Origin: Alphaproteobacteria bacterium
GTDB lineage: Bacteria; Pseudomonadota; Alphaproteobacteria; RF32; CAG-239
Reading direction: 5' to 3'
Assembly (NCBI GenBank): GCA_017501665.1
Contig: JAFVWM010000017.1
Coordinates: 94,361-158,360 of the forward strand
Length of the DNA: 64,000 bases
Part shown: positions 23,084 through 34,700 of the stretch, one piece after another
How the letters are laid out: each line of letters starts with the position of its first letter
Position numbering within the stretch: position 1 is the first letter of the stretch
Program-made: the position numbers and the translations under genes
Notes under the pieces: model-generated
Database searches by the model: none
Told to the model about the DNA's origin: nothing
Seen by the model: the letters and a program-made list of their open reading frames with translations, nothing else

Positions 23084-26000
23084 TTAAATTTCTTCGTTCA
23101 AAAGTTCGACATTCAAACACAAAGACTTAATTTCCTTAGTCAACACATTAAATGACTCCGGAATTCCTGATTCGAATGTATCTTCGCCTCTTACAATAGC
23201 TTCATAAACCTTGGTACGACCATTAACGTCATCAGATTTAACTGTTAACATTTCTTGTAAGGTATAAGCAGCACCATAAGCTTGCAAAGCCCAAACTTCC
23301 ATTTCACCGAAACGTTGACCGCCGAACTGAGCCTTACCACCCAAAGGTTGTTGAGTAACCAAAGAGTATGGTCCGACAGAACGTGCGTGCATTTTTTCAT
23401 CAACAATGTGGTGAAGTTTAATCATATAGATAATACCAACGGTTACCTTACGATCAAATTTTTCGCCTGTACGACCATCGTACAAATCAATTTGACCTGA
23501 TGTAGGTAATTCGGCCATTGACAACATTTGATTGATATCATCGCCTGTTGCACCGTCAAATACCGGAGTAGCCATCGGAATACCGCCTTTAAGGTTAGGA
23601 ATCATCAAGTCTAAATCTTCCGAAGTCATATTTTCGATTTGTTGCTTATATTGCTTCTCACCGTAAACTTCTTTCAACTTAGCTCTTAATTCAGATTCTT
23701 GTTTGTTACCGGCCTTAACTTGTTCCCACAGTTCATTAACTTGTTGACCAAGCTTTTTAGCAGCCCAACCCAAGTGAGTTTCAAGAATTTGTCCCACGTT
23801 CATACGAGAAGGCACACCCAAGGGGTTCAACACGATATCAACCGGTGTACCATCTTCCATGTAAGGCATATCTTGCAACGGCAATACACGAGAAATAGTA
23901 CCTTTGTTACCATGACGTCCGGCAATCTTATCACCTGATTGAATTTTACGTTTTGTAGCAATAAATACTTTAACCATTTTCAAAACGCCGGGCAACAAAT
24001 CATCACCACGTTGAACTTTCTCAACCTTGTTATCAAAATGTTGTTGAACTTTTTCAACTCTTTGATCAAATGCGCTCAACAATTCTTCCATATTAGCCAT
24101 AACAGCTTCGTCTTTAACAACGATTTTACGCCATTGAGAAGACGGAATACCGTCCAAATCTTTAGCTTCAATTTTTGAATTTTTAGCCAAAGTACCTTTT
24201 GGAGCATCAACAACTGTCTGACCTACAAGCATTGTTTTCATACGAGCTTCCACGTTACGACGAATAATAGCGATTTCGTCATCACGATCTTTGGCAAGTT
24301 GAGAAATTTCTTGTTGTTCAATAGACAAAGCACGTTCGTCTTTTTCGACACCACGTCTTGAGAATACGTGAACATCAACAACAATACCTTCAATACCAGG
24401 TTGAACACGCAAAGAAGTATCACGAACATCAGATGCTTTTTCACCAAAGATGGCTCGGAGCAATTTTTCTTCAGGAGTAACTAAAGATTCTCCTTTAGGA
24501 GTAACCTTACCGACCAAAATATCGCCGGCCTTAACTTCGGCACCGATATAAACAATACCGGCTTCATCCAAATTGCGAAGTGCATCTTCACCGACATTCG
24601 GAATATCACGAGTAATTTCTTCCTGACCAAGTTTTGTATCACGAGCCATAACTTCAAATTCTTCAATATGAAGTGAAGTAAATACATCATCACGTGAAAT
24701 TCTTTCAGAAAGCAAAATAGCATCTTCATAGTTCAAACCGTTCCAAGGCATAAATGCCACCAAAACGTTTTTACCCAACGCTAATTCACCCATATCCGTA
24801 CAATGACCGTCAGCCAAGATGTCGCCTTCTTTAACTTCATCACCAACTTTTACCAATGGAACTTGGTTAATACATGTATTTTGGTTAGAACGGCGGAATT
24901 TAGCCAAACGATAAATTTCAACACCGGCATTAGCAGCATGTTCATCTTTAGAACGAACCACAATACGATTTGCATCAACAGAGTCAACAATACCGTCAGC
25001 TTTACATACCACGGTAGCACCGGAATCTTTAGCTACAACAGCCTCAACACCTGTACCCACAAGCGGAGCTTCCGAACGAAGCAATGGCACACCCTGACGT
25101 TGCATGTTTGAACCCATCAATGCACGGTTAGCGTCGTCATTTTCCAAGAACGGAATAAGAGCAGTAGCAACAGAAACCAATTGCTTTGGTGAAACGTCGA
25201 TAAAGTTAATTTCTTCCGGTCTTGCATATTCAAATTCACCGGCCTTACGACAAGCAACCAACTCATTTACAAAATGACCGTCGTCATTAACTTTAGCATT
25301 AGCTTCGGCGATAATAAATTTGCCTTCTTCATTAGCTGACAAATAAACAACTTCAGAAGTAACAACACCATTAACAACTTTACGATACGGACATTCAATA
25401 AAGCCATATTTGTTAATACGGGCATAAGTAGACAATGAGTTAATCAAACCGATATTCGGACCTTCAGGAGTTTCAATAGGACAAATACGACCATAGTGTG
25501 TCGGATGTACGTCACGAACTTCAAAACCTGCACGATCACGGCTCAAACCGCCGGGACCCAATGCAGACAAACGACGTTTGTGTGTAATTTCTGACAACGG
25601 GTTATTTTGATCCATAAATTGAGACAATTGAGAAGAACCGAAAAATTCTCTGATAACCGAAGCAATAGGTTTTGCATTAACCAAATCCTGCGGTTTAACA
25701 TTGTTAAGATTTTCAGATGACATTCTTTCTCTGATTGCTCTTTCCATGCGAAGCAAACCCATACGATATTGGTTTTCCATCAATTCGCCCACAGAACGAA
25801 CACGACGATTACCCAAGTGGTCAATATCATCAACTTCACCTTTGCCGTCGCGCAACTCAACCATGCGTTTTACGATACGCAAAATATCATCCTTACGCAA
25901 AATACCATACGTATCAGGCGCATCTTCAAATGAAATATCCAAAGCCGTATTAATTTTAACACGACCGACAGATGACAAATCATATCTGTCTTTATCAAAG

Positions 26001-27259
26001 AACAACGCCTTAAACAATGAATCGGCAGCATCATATGTCGGAGGATCTCCCGGACGCATAACACGATAAATATCCAAAAGAGCTTCTTCACGACAAGAGT
26101 TTTTATCAATTGCCAAAGTATTGCGAATATAAGGACCGACGTTTACACCGTCAATGAACAAAATCTTGATTTCATTGATTTTGTTAGCGTTCAATTTTTC
26201 AAGCAATTCTTCGGTAATTTCATCACCGGCCTCAGCTAAAACTTCACCTGTTTTGGCAATAACAATATTATTAGCCAAGAATTTACCCAAAACCTTATCT
26301 TTAGCTAACTTATAATAAGCCAAACCTTCATCAGCCAATTTTTGAGCAGAACGTGATGTTAATTTTTTGCCGGCTTCCAAAACAACTTTACCTGTTTCGG
26401 CATCAACCAAATCAAAATCAAATTTAACACCCTTCAAGCGAGCCGGTTCAAACTTAACTTTCCATTCTTTTTTAGCCAATTCATAAGTATCGACATCATA
26501 AAAGTAATGCAATATTTCTTCTTTATCCATACCTTTAATTTCGGCCGGATCAATATGTTTACCTTCTTTTTCAAGTTTGGCGATTTTATCCATGGTTTCT
26601 TTAGAATATAAAGAGTACAAAACCGAAGTTACCGGCAATTTACGGCGACGATCGATTCTGGCATAAACCAAATCTTTGGCATCAAATTCAAAATCAAGCC
26701 AAGATCCGCGATAAGGAATGATTCTTGCCGCAAACAAATATTTACCCGAAGAAACAGTCTTACCTTTATCATGATCAAAGAACACACCCGGAGAACGATG
26801 CATTTGCGAAACAACCACACGCTCTGTACCATTAAAGATAAAAGTACCTTTTTCGGTCATAAGCGGAATATCACCCATATAAACATCTTGTTCTTTAATG
26901 TCATGGATAGACTTAGCACCCGTAGCTTCATCCGTATCCCAAACAACAAGACGTAAAGTGGCTTTAACCGGAGCAGCAAAAGTCATATCACGTTTAATAC
27001 ATTCATCAACGTCATATTTAGGAGTTTCGAGTTCATATTTAACAAACTCCAATTCGCCGTTTCCGGAAAAATCTCTGATTGGGAAAATGTCATTAAAAAC
27101 TTCTTCTAAACCGAATTCACATTTTTCAGCACCCTTAGTCTGAATAAAATTGTTATAAGAACCGGTTTGAACTTCGATTAAACTGGGCATATCGGCAACA
27201 GCGTCGATTCTGCCGAAGTTTTTTCTTACACGTCTTTTGCTCGTATAAGATTCTTTCAT
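23084..27259 (-). CDS. rpoB: DNA-directed RNA polymerase subunit beta (RpoB)
   Basis: 1391 aa; [23 protein letters not shown]-terminus and [20 protein letters not shown]-terminal motif. Confidence 0.97.
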   Translation of the reverse strand: MKESYTSKRRVRKNFGRIDAVADMPSLIEVQTGSYNNFIQTKGAEKCEFGLEEVFNDIFPIRDFSGNGELEFVKYELETPKYDVDECIKRDMTFAAPVKATLRLVVWDTDEATGAKSIHDIKEQDVYMGDIPLMTEKGTFIFNGTERVVVSQMHRSPGVFFDHDKGKTVSSGKYLFAARIIPYRGSWLDFEFDAKDLVYARIDRRRKLPVTSVLYSLYSKETMDKIAKLEKEGKHIDPAEIKGMDKEEILHYFYDVDTYELAKKEWKVKFEPARLKGVKFDFDLVDAETGKVVLEAGKKLTSRSAQKLADEGLAYYKLAKDKVLGKFLANNIVIAKTGEVLAEAGDEITEELLEKLNANKINEIKILFIDGVNVGPYIRNTLAIDKNSCREEALLDIYRVMRPGDPPTYDAADSLFKALFFDKDRYDLSSVGRVKINTALDISFEDAPDTYGILRKDDILRIVKRMVELRDGKGEVDDIDHLGNRRVRSVGELMENQYRMGLLRMERAIRERMSSENLNNVKPQDLVNAKPIASVIREFFGSSQLSQFMDQNNPLSEITHKRRLSALGPGGLSRDRAGFEVRDVHPTHYGRICPIETPEGPNIGLINSLSTYARINKYGFIECPYRKVVNGVVTSEVVYLSANEEGKFIIAEANAKVNDDGHFVNELVACRKAGEFEYARPEEINFIDVSPKQLVSVATALIPFLENDDANRALMGSNMQRQGVPLLRSEAPLVGTGVEAVVAKDSGATVVCKADGIVDSVDANRIVVRSKDEHAANAGVEIYRLAKFRRSNQNTCINQVPLVKVGDEVKEGDILADGHCTDMGELALGKNVLVAFMPWNGLNYEDAILLSERISRDDVFTSLHIEEFEVMARDTKLGQEEITRDIPNVGEDALRNLDEAGIVYIGAEVKAGDILVGKVTPKGESLVTPEEKLLRAIFGEKASDVRDTSLRVQPGIEGIVVDVHVFSRRGVEKDERALSIEQQEISQLAKDRDDEIAIIRRNVEARMKTMLVGQTVVDAPKGTLAKNSKIEAKDLDGIPSSQWRKIVVKDEAVMANMEELLSAFDQRVEKVQQHFDNKVEKVQRGDDLLPGVLKMVKVFIATKRKIQSGDKIAGRHGNKGTISRVLPLQDMPYMEDGTPVDIVLNPLGVPSRMNVGQILETHLGWAAKKLGQQVNELWEQVKAGNKQESELRAKLKEVYGEKQYKQQIENMTSEDLDLMIPNLKGGIPMATPVFDGATGDDINQMLSMAELPTSGQIDLYDGRTGEKFDRKVTVGIIYMIKLHHIVDEKMHARSVGPYSLVTQQPLGGKAQFGGQRFGEMEVWALQAYGAAYTLQEMLTVKSDDVNGRTKVYEAIVRGEDTFESGIPESFNVLTKEIKSLCLNVELLNEEI

Positions 27260-27679
27260 TTTGTTCTAATCCTTTATCAAGTTAGATTCTGCGACAATAC
27301 CATTGGCTCATGCCAAACCCCGACCGCAGAAGGTTTACACAAATTTGTTTTAATTCAAATTAAATAAAATACTGCCAAACCATAAGATTGGGATCCCCTT
27401 GGCAGACAAAGCTTCAAAATAATTGCATGCAATTCGTTGCGATTCGCAACATCAAAATTCGTGCGGATGATGACTCCGTTTTTATCATATTGCAAGCAAA
27501 ATTTTCAAAAAAACTATTTTTTTCTTTACTCATTAAAACAAAAGGTGGTCACTTTAATCGACCGCTTATTACCGATCGGTTACAGGAGAAAGAGTAATTA
27601 AAACAAAAAACTTATAATGCTTTGATTTTGTTATGATTTTAATTGGTTTATACAAAATTTGCGGCAATTCAAAAAGTGG

Positions 27680-27708
27680 TTGATTTAAGCGGTGGTTTAC
27701 GTTATACT
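27680..27708 (+). promoter_or_regulatory. Sigma70-type promoter for the 727-aa gene
   Basis: TTGATT (27680-85), 17-nt spacer, TATACT (27703-08); ~25 nt later AAGGAAAGGAGAAATACC-ATG at 27733. It lies inside the longer TTG-started track ORF, which argues for the ATG start. Confidence 0.5.
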
Positions 27709-27732
27709 ATACTAAAGGAAAGGAGAAATACC

Positions 27733-29916
27733 ATGAGTTACTTAACTTTAGATGATGGAACAGATGCCGCCGATTTTGATTCATTATATGGCAGAGAATG
27801 GAATTTTATTTATGCTTTAGAAGATAAGATTAAAGCCAATACCAATGCCGGTAAACCTCCTTTTGATGGCATTGATTTTCCTGAAACCGGCAAATCAATA
27901 GGTGCCAATACACTAAATTTTTTAGCAAAAGCCCTAAATAAAAGCGAAACATTTGTGTCTGCTATGAAAACAGCATGTGCGAGCAAAAATGCCCAAAAAA
28001 ATGTTTTTAATTTTATTGGTAAATTAGATTTTACAGAAGTACTTAAAGACGAAAAAAACGAAGCTAACATTCTTAAGATAATATATAATAATATCCGTCA
28101 TGGATACAACAAAAATTTAACAGCCTCAACAGCAACATGGGCTATGGCTTATGCAGCAACCAATGGATTAATAGGCAATTATGATGAAATGGGGGATGAA
28201 ACACATCCTTATTATAAAATAACCCAATTTGACGAAAATAAAGAAAAACTGGAATATGGTAGTCCTAAAGCATTAACAATTATAGCTGAAAAAAGTAGTA
28301 CACAAAATATTGCCTTAATAAAGGACGTATTAAAAAGATCAGACTTATCCGAACTAGATGATGGTACAAAAAGCAAACTTGAGAAAATGATACAATATTC
28401 TTGGAATGATAAAAGACAAGAAGAAAAATTTAATCTATTTCTCGAAAGTTCTCCAGTAACCAATTTATCTGAAAAAGCTTTCTTAAAAAGAAAAAATATT
28501 ACCTTAGAAGATGTGCAAACTTATTACGATAAAAACAATTGGAATAAACTATCGCCAACCAACCTACTTGATAAGCTGGATTATGCAAAAGAAAATAACA
28601 AGATAGAAAATTTTACAGAATCAATGAATAAAATAAGAGGAGAATTGGCTGTAAAATATATAATGGAAACAGAACAGGTCGATCACAATATTGTTAACAA
28701 ATTCAGCAAGGATATTTGTCAAGGCTTTAAGGACAATCCCGAAGCACTAAAAAAGCTTGGAGTTGAAATTCCTTATTCAGTTATAGACACACTAAAAAAA
28801 GACGAACATTTTAAAAATGACATTCAATTTATAGACGGCGCTAAAAACGTTTCTATTGCCTTTACGTATAAAGATCATTATGAAAAAAGTATAGATTTAC
28901 TAAACCAAGTAGCCGAGAAAGGATTTTCTGCCGGTTATGGTGCCGAAATGATTGTGCTTAAGGCGGGAAAAGTATTGGAAGAAAAGCGTTCAGAATATGA
29001 ACTGGCAAAAAAAAATCTTCAAACAGTATTAAAAAAACGTGAAGAATATAATCAAGCCAAAGAACGCTTTGATATACTCGATATGGTGGAACAAGATATT
29101 GGAACGTATTTGTATAAAGATGAAAATTTTTTTCAACAACTCGACCCCAGCCTTAACAAAGAGGAAATATTAAAAATGGCCATCGATAAAGCCAAAGGCA
29201 AAGATGTGAAAAAACTGGAATGTACCGACAAACCGACAAACGGTTTGGGGAAATTGTTTATGAGTAAAGATAAAAAAGAAAAAGAACAAAAAAATATAAA
29301 AGCTAAAGAAGAAGCTTGCAATATAATTAATCAATTCGTAGAAAGCCTCAGCAGCAAATTAAAAAATACCGAAACTAAATTTGAAGCAAACAATCCTACT
29401 AAATTGTTAGAAGATTGTTCCATAGACACTGTGAAGAAACAATGGAGTGAAGATTATGAATATATACAAGATAATCGTAGTACAGTAGAACATTCAAAAT
29501 GGACAGAAAAAGATGCTAGAAAGCTTGTAGAAGAATTCGAAAAAATGGAAACAGCTCAAAAATCTGCTCAAACTAAATTAGACCATCAAGTTACTATCAC
29601 AAAAACAGCACGTGAAACTTCCGGTGTTAAAGATATTGAAACCAAAACGGGGTTTGATGCAATGGAGATTAAAGCTCAATTAAGAGCCGAAAATCCTAAT
29701 ATGCCTGTTCGTGACCTGTATGCCTCAATGAAAGAAATTAGAGACAAAGGTGAATATTCCGCTGAAATTAAGATAAAAACTCCCAAAGATGACAAAGTTA
29801 AAGCTGATAACGATAAGCTTTCCGTATTAAGAGGAACCAAGGCACAGGAAGCCAAACCGGTAAAACAAACTTCTTTGCCGCAAATGATGAAAAACAAATC
29901 TAATACCCAAGAGTAA
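27733..29916 (+). CDS. Large hydrophilic hypothetical protein (727 aa), K/E-rich with coiled-coil-prone segments; effector-like
   Basis: No TM segment, no signal peptide, no recognisable catalytic motif. Own promoter and terminator; sits between rpoB and rplQ. Confidence 0.7.
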   Translation: MSYLTLDDGTDAADFDSLYGREWNFIYALEDKIKANTNAGKPPFDGIDFPETGKSIGANTLNFLAKALNKSETFVSAMKTACASKNAQKNVFNFIGKLDFTEVLKDEKNEANILKIIYNNIRHGYNKNLTASTATWAMAYAATNGLIGNYDEMGDETHPYYKITQFDENKEKLEYGSPKALTIIAEKSSTQNIALIKDVLKRSDLSELDDGTKSKLEKMIQYSWNDKRQEEKFNLFLESSPVTNLSEKAFLKRKNITLEDVQTYYDKNNWNKLSPTNLLDKLDYAKENNKIENFTESMNKIRGELAVKYIMETEQVDHNIVNKFSKDICQGFKDNPEALKKLGVEIPYSVIDTLKKDEHFKNDIQFIDGAKNVSIAFTYKDHYEKSIDLLNQVAEKGFSAGYGAEMIVLKAGKVLEEKRSEYELAKKNLQTVLKKREEYNQAKERFDILDMVEQDIGTYLYKDENFFQQLDPSLNKEEILKMAIDKAKGKDVKKLECTDKPTNGLGKLFMSKDKKEKEQKNIKAKEEACNIINQFVESLSSKLKNTETKFEANNPTKLLEDCSIDTVKKQWSEDYEYIQDNRSTVEHSKWTEKDARKLVEEFEKMETAQKSAQTKLDHQVTITKTARETSGVKDIETKTGFDAMEIKAQLRAENPNMPVRDLYASMKEIRDKGEYSAEIKIKTPKDDKVKADNDKLSVLRGTKAQEAKPVKQTSLPQMMKNKSNTQE

Positions 29917-29934
29917 AATTCTTTACACTAAAAC

Positions 29935-29970
29935 AAACCCCTATCGCTATGATAGGGGTTTATTTAATTT
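29935..29970. terminator. Bidirectional rho-independent terminator between the convergent 727-aa gene and rplQ
   Basis: AAACCCCTATC-gctat-GATAGGGGTTT perfect 11-bp stem flanked by A-run and T-rich tract. Confidence 0.75.
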
Positions 29971-29985
29971 AATTCAAAATACTGA

Positions 29986-30495
29986 TTAAGCTTCGGCTTT
30001 AGCAGATTTTTTGCTCTTCTTTTCAGCTTTAGGAGCTTCTTCTTTTTGAACTTCGGCAGATGCTGCTTTTTCGGCAGCTTCAATAGCAGCTTTTTCAGCA
30101 GCAACACGAGCCAAGTCTTTAGCTCCTTTAGCATTTACATCACGGTCAACCAATTCAATGATAGCCATTTCTGCACAATCACCATAACGATAACCTGCAC
30201 GCAAAACACGAGTATAACCGCCGTTACGATTTTTGTAACGTTCAGCTAAAGTAGAAAACAATTTTGATACTACTTCGTTATCACGCAAGAAAGCCAATGC
30301 CTGACGACGATTGCTTAATTGACCTTTTTTACCTAAGGTAATCATATTGTCAACGAATGTACGCAATTCTTTAGCACGGGGCAAAGTAACTTTAATTTGT
30401 TCGTGTGTTAAAACAGCATTTGTTAAATTAGAAAACAAGGCTTTACGGGCATTAGTGTCCATATTGAGTTTTCTGTGTTTCATTCCATGTCTCAT
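29986..30495 (-). CDS. rplQ: 50S ribosomal protein L17 with A/K-rich C-terminal extension
   Basis: ATG at 30495 ([11 protein letters not shown], canonical L17 N-terminus) with AAAGGAAA SD; the track's longer ORF is a run-on. ~40-aa [14 protein letters not shown]...KKSAKAEA tail. Confidence 0.9.
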   Translation of the reverse strand: MRHGMKHRKLNMDTNARKALFSNLTNAVLTHEQIKVTLPRAKELRTFVDNMITLGKKGQLSNRRQALAFLRDNEVVSKLFSTLAERYKNRNGGYTRVLRAGYRYGDCAEMAIIELVDRDVNAKGAKDLARVAAEKAAIEAAEKAASAEVQKEEAPKAEKKSKKSAKAEA

Positions 30496-30796
30496 AGCAT
30501 TTCCTTTCAATATTTCTATGACTTGCATTACAAGTCCGATAAACACAACGCAGATACTACAAAATTCATACATATCCGCACACTTAAACGACTCCCTTAC
30601 TCAAGTGAGAATCACAAAGTTGAGCGCAATATATCTGAGGTTTATTATAAAAGCAAGTCTTTTTTTAGCTTGCAATTAAGTTTTATAATTCAACTACCGA
30701 ACGTATCGCATTTTTACAATAAAAAAACCGACCGATAAATGTACCAAAAGTATATAATCTGGCCGGTTGTTTTTGGATAAGCTGTTATATATTTTT

Positions 30797-31684
30797 TTAT
30801 ACCAGCATGGTATCCAACAAATCTTTACAATATGCCCTCAGGTTAGGATCTTCCATCAAACTCAACTTCAAGTTTGCTTTTTCCAAATCTTTGTTGGTAC
30901 CGCAATCAAAACGCATTGTGTCACACAACACACCTGTAAGTTTCATACCGCGTTCAGCAGCCAAGCCCATAGCATCGGCCAAGTTAATTTCGCCGTTAGT
31001 ACCTTTTTTAACTTCCGGCAAAATATTCATAATTTCGTTTGGCAAAATATAAGGTCCCATACTGGCATAACTTGAAGGAACATCTTCCAAAGCCGGTTTT
31101 TCGATTTTACCTTTGGCATGAACAATTCTTCCGTCACGAACAGCGCCTGAAAGAACACCATACCGAACAAGTTGCTCTCTGGGTAACTCCATAATATTTT
31201 CAACCATACCGCCATGCTCTTCATAAACATCTAAAAGTTGCGATAAAACTCCTTTGCCATGCAGATTAATGTACACATCATCAGGCCACATAACAACAAA
31301 ATCACGATCGCCCACGATTTCTTTTGCCATCAAAATTGCATGACCGTTACCCAAAGGTTGAGCCTGTTCGGCAAAAGAAAACTTCATACCATCGGGAATA
31401 ACCTTTAACAAATCCTGCAAAATATCCAACTTATTTTTTTCTTTCAGATGATTTTCCAACCACGGATATGGAGAATATTGTTTTTCAAACAAATGCTTAC
31501 AAGACTGATCGCTATAAATAAAGACGATTTCCTTAATTCCGATTTCGGCACAGGCATCAACCGCATACTGAATAATCGGTTTGCTGTGTAAAGTCAAAAA
31601 TCCTTTATGCAAAGCTTTTGTTGCCGGTAAATTTCTTGTTGAAAGACCGGCAACGGGTAAAATACAAACTTCTGGTTTTCTCAT
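30797..31684 (-). CDS. galU: UTP--glucose-1-phosphate uridylyltransferase (GalU)
   Basis: ILPVAGLSTRNLPATKALHKGFL nucleotide-binding motif, PLGNGHAI, 295 aa. Confidence 0.85.
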   Translation of the reverse strand: MRKPEVCILPVAGLSTRNLPATKALHKGFLTLHSKPIIQYAVDACAEIGIKEIVFIYSDQSCKHLFEKQYSPYPWLENHLKEKNKLDILQDLLKVIPDGMKFSFAEQAQPLGNGHAILMAKEIVGDRDFVVMWPDDVYINLHGKGVLSQLLDVYEEHGGMVENIMELPREQLVRYGVLSGAVRDGRIVHAKGKIEKPALEDVPSSYASMGPYILPNEIMNILPEVKKGTNGEINLADAMGLAAERGMKLTGVLCDTMRFDCGTNKDLEKANLKLSLMEDPNLRAYCKDLLDTMLV

Positions 31685-31757
31685 AATATATCACTCCAAT
31701 TAAAACTTACATTTATGAAAAGTAATATATCACAAAAAAAACTTTTAACAAGACGAA

Positions 31758-34700
31758 TTATCGTTTACTCCGCCCCTTTTTTACCACACCTTGATTATCT
31801 TTTACCGATGCTTTTTCCGAAATAGATTTTTTCTTAGAAAAATCAATAACTTTTACCGTCTCGTTACTTATTTCTTCATTGGTTTCTTTAATTTCTTTAA
31901 TATTACGTCGGATCGTCCTAGTCTTGCCTGTTTTTTTAACTGAAATACTTCCGGTATTTTCCTCAATAAGACGCTGATTTTCTTCCTCTTCTAATTTTTT
32001 ATGATAAAGATCTTCTTCTTTGGCTATTACCTGCTCTGTCGTATTTTCAAATTCTTTAACCCTATTTACCAAATTTTCCATACCTGAAGATAACTTGTTT
32101 AATACCTCACCAATTTTAGCATTAAACTGTTCATAATCACTTATCGAACCGCTCACCTGATACATATTTTTGCTGGCGACGATATCATTATTAAGCCCTT
32201 CCAGCTCATTTATGGCTGTATCAATCCCTTTTGTTAATGCAATATAACCCTCATCCTTTTCAAGATTATATTCTGTTATAACATTTGACAGTCTCGAAAC
32301 ATAAGTTGATTTTTTTGCATTATATTGAGCCACCACATCCTTAAGCTCATTATTTATTTTTATGATTTTTTCATATTCAACCGCATTTTGTTTTTGTAAA
32401 TCAGCTAACCGCACCTGATCAATCTTTTCTTGCAAAACCTCAATATCTTGAAGAGCATTTTGGTTAACTTTTTTCAATGTATCTATCTTTTCTTGTGTCG
32501 GATCCTTACTGTCAATAAGCAAAGTACTATCTAAAAATGAATTGAGTAAAGTTTCCAGTTCGGTTTTAATATCTTGATAAGACTTAACACTATCATTACT
32601 GAACGCTCCGGTTATTTTCTCATCAATTTCAACACTCATTTTACCTTCTGTACTTTTTACCAAATCTTCCGCAATTTTTTTCTGCTCTTCTATCAACTGT
32701 GTCAATTGCATTTTTTCTGTTTCAATTTTTGCTTTCTCTTCTGCTACTTTTTGATCTTCTCTGGACTTAAATATATTAAACAATTTTGACACATCTACGG
32801 TAACATCGGGATTATCCATCGAATTTTTCATTTGCAATGTATAACCTTGAAGATATCTTGGCTCATCGTGTTTTATTTCGAACGACACATCCATTGTCCA
32901 ATTTTTAATATTACCGCCACCTTTTGCTGTAACATTTATATTTTCGGCGCTAAGAGATCCTTCCGTAATTTTAAATTCGCCCTCGGTTATATTTATCTTT
33001 CCTGCCACATTCTCAAAAGCTGTTGATCCGGACACAATTTGGGTATTGGCAAATTCAACCAATCCTTCGGATTTTTCTCTTTTTACAATATCCTTATAAA
33101 TTCCTTTAATATTTACCCCCGAAAGTTTTGTATCCGAAGCCTTAAAATCAATACTTCCGTTTAGATTATTAACAAAACTTTCCTCGCTTGAAGCTTTCGA
33201 ATTCAAAATAATTTTAGATGAAAACTTTCCGTCTTTCATATTATATGTTCTACCACCAATTGAAAAGTCTGATATATTGGCTTCTGCGACATCAACGTCC
33301 AACACAATACTCGGATCTTTAATCATATTAAGTGTTGCTTTAACTTTTATGGGTGCGTTTTTGTAAAAAGCTTCAAAATTCGAAAGATTGAGAAGTCCTT
33401 TATTAACATCTAAATCAAACTTTGCATTTTGAAACATATAATTCTTATAAGATAAATCAGCTATATCAAACTTACCCTTAAATTCCCAATCAGAATACGG
33501 AGTATAATTTATTCTGTCTTTATTCCAAACAGGTTTAGTCAAAAAAGAAGCTGCACCACCGTCAAGTTTTGCTGTCAAAGCAAGCTTTCCGTCTTCTCTG
33601 ATCATATATTTATCTGCCTCAAACTTATTTATTTTTAAATCTGCGCTTGCAATTTTGTTATTGCCTCTGAAATCATATGACACATTACCGCCAAATTGTG
33701 AATAGCCGATATTTAACTCCATATCTTGTAAATCCATATCGCGCATAGTGCCGTTTATCTTGGACTTAAATCTGAACAATCCCAAATTAGGACTTTGTAC
33801 CTTATAATTACCGCCTACTGATTCTATAAAAGTTATTAACTCAGGATGCTTTAATTCTATACTGCCGTTAAACAATATATTATCAGCCATATTTACACTA
33901 CCTTCATAACGTCCTGTCAAAACTCCGGAATTAAATTCGGTATCAATATTAAAATTATCCAAATCACCATTTAACGTGCCTGTGGCCGAAAAGTTATAAA
34001 ACCGATTGTAATCAAACTCTGGTTTGCTTAATTCGAATTTTTCAATCATATTAACTACATCTTGAGCATTAATTATATACTGTAAATTTTCAAATTTAGC
34101 CTTTTCGCCAAAACCCGAAACATTACCTTTAATATTAAGACTTGTATTGGCAACTTCTTCCACATTAAGCTCTTCAATTTCCAAATTACTTTGCAAGAGA
34201 CTTCCCTTAAAACTTAATGTCTCAAAAGGCACCCCTTCATAAATCACAAGATTTGCATCGGCATTAAGAACCATATCAAAGTCATTTAACACTCCTAATT
34301 TTGAAAATCTGTAATTCAAACGATCAATAAAACTTTTTGCTTTTATTTCATCTGGAAGAGATTTGATATAATTATCAAAGTTCAACGAGTTTGCCGAAAC
34401 ATTTATTATAATATCTTTCCTTTCGCCAAACACAATACCTGCATCACCGTTAAATGTAGTATTATCCAACACAATTTTATATGGTGATATCTGCATTTTA
34501 TCAAAATTACCCGAAATTTTTGTCGTTAATAACATCTTTTTATATACAGCCGTAGCTGTTGCTTTCGGTTCGATATTAATCCATTTAAGTAAACGCATCA
34601 ACTCATTAGTACTTAAAGAAATATCCGATTGATAATATATATCTCCGTCATAATCATAAACATTACCTTTTATTACCAGTTGAGCATTACCAGGAAGCAT

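Noticed and set aside
27643-27732. Track start (TTG at 27643) giving a 757-aa protein
   Set aside because: A near-consensus promoter (27680-27708) and a strong SD lie inside this extension; the ATG at 27733 is the credible start (727 aa).
30730-30790. Terminator hairpin downstream of galU (AACCGACC...GGCCGGTT)
   Set aside because: The stem has an A/C mismatch and a 27-nt loop; too weak to call, although the flanking A- and T-runs are suggestive.
30496-30796. Expected rpoA (or a remnant of it) upstream of rplQ
   Set aside because: No ORF of meaningful length on either strand in this 300-bp gap; the track ORF extending rplQ to 30573 is an in-frame run-on before the canonical MRHG start. rplQ appears genuinely separated from rpoA.
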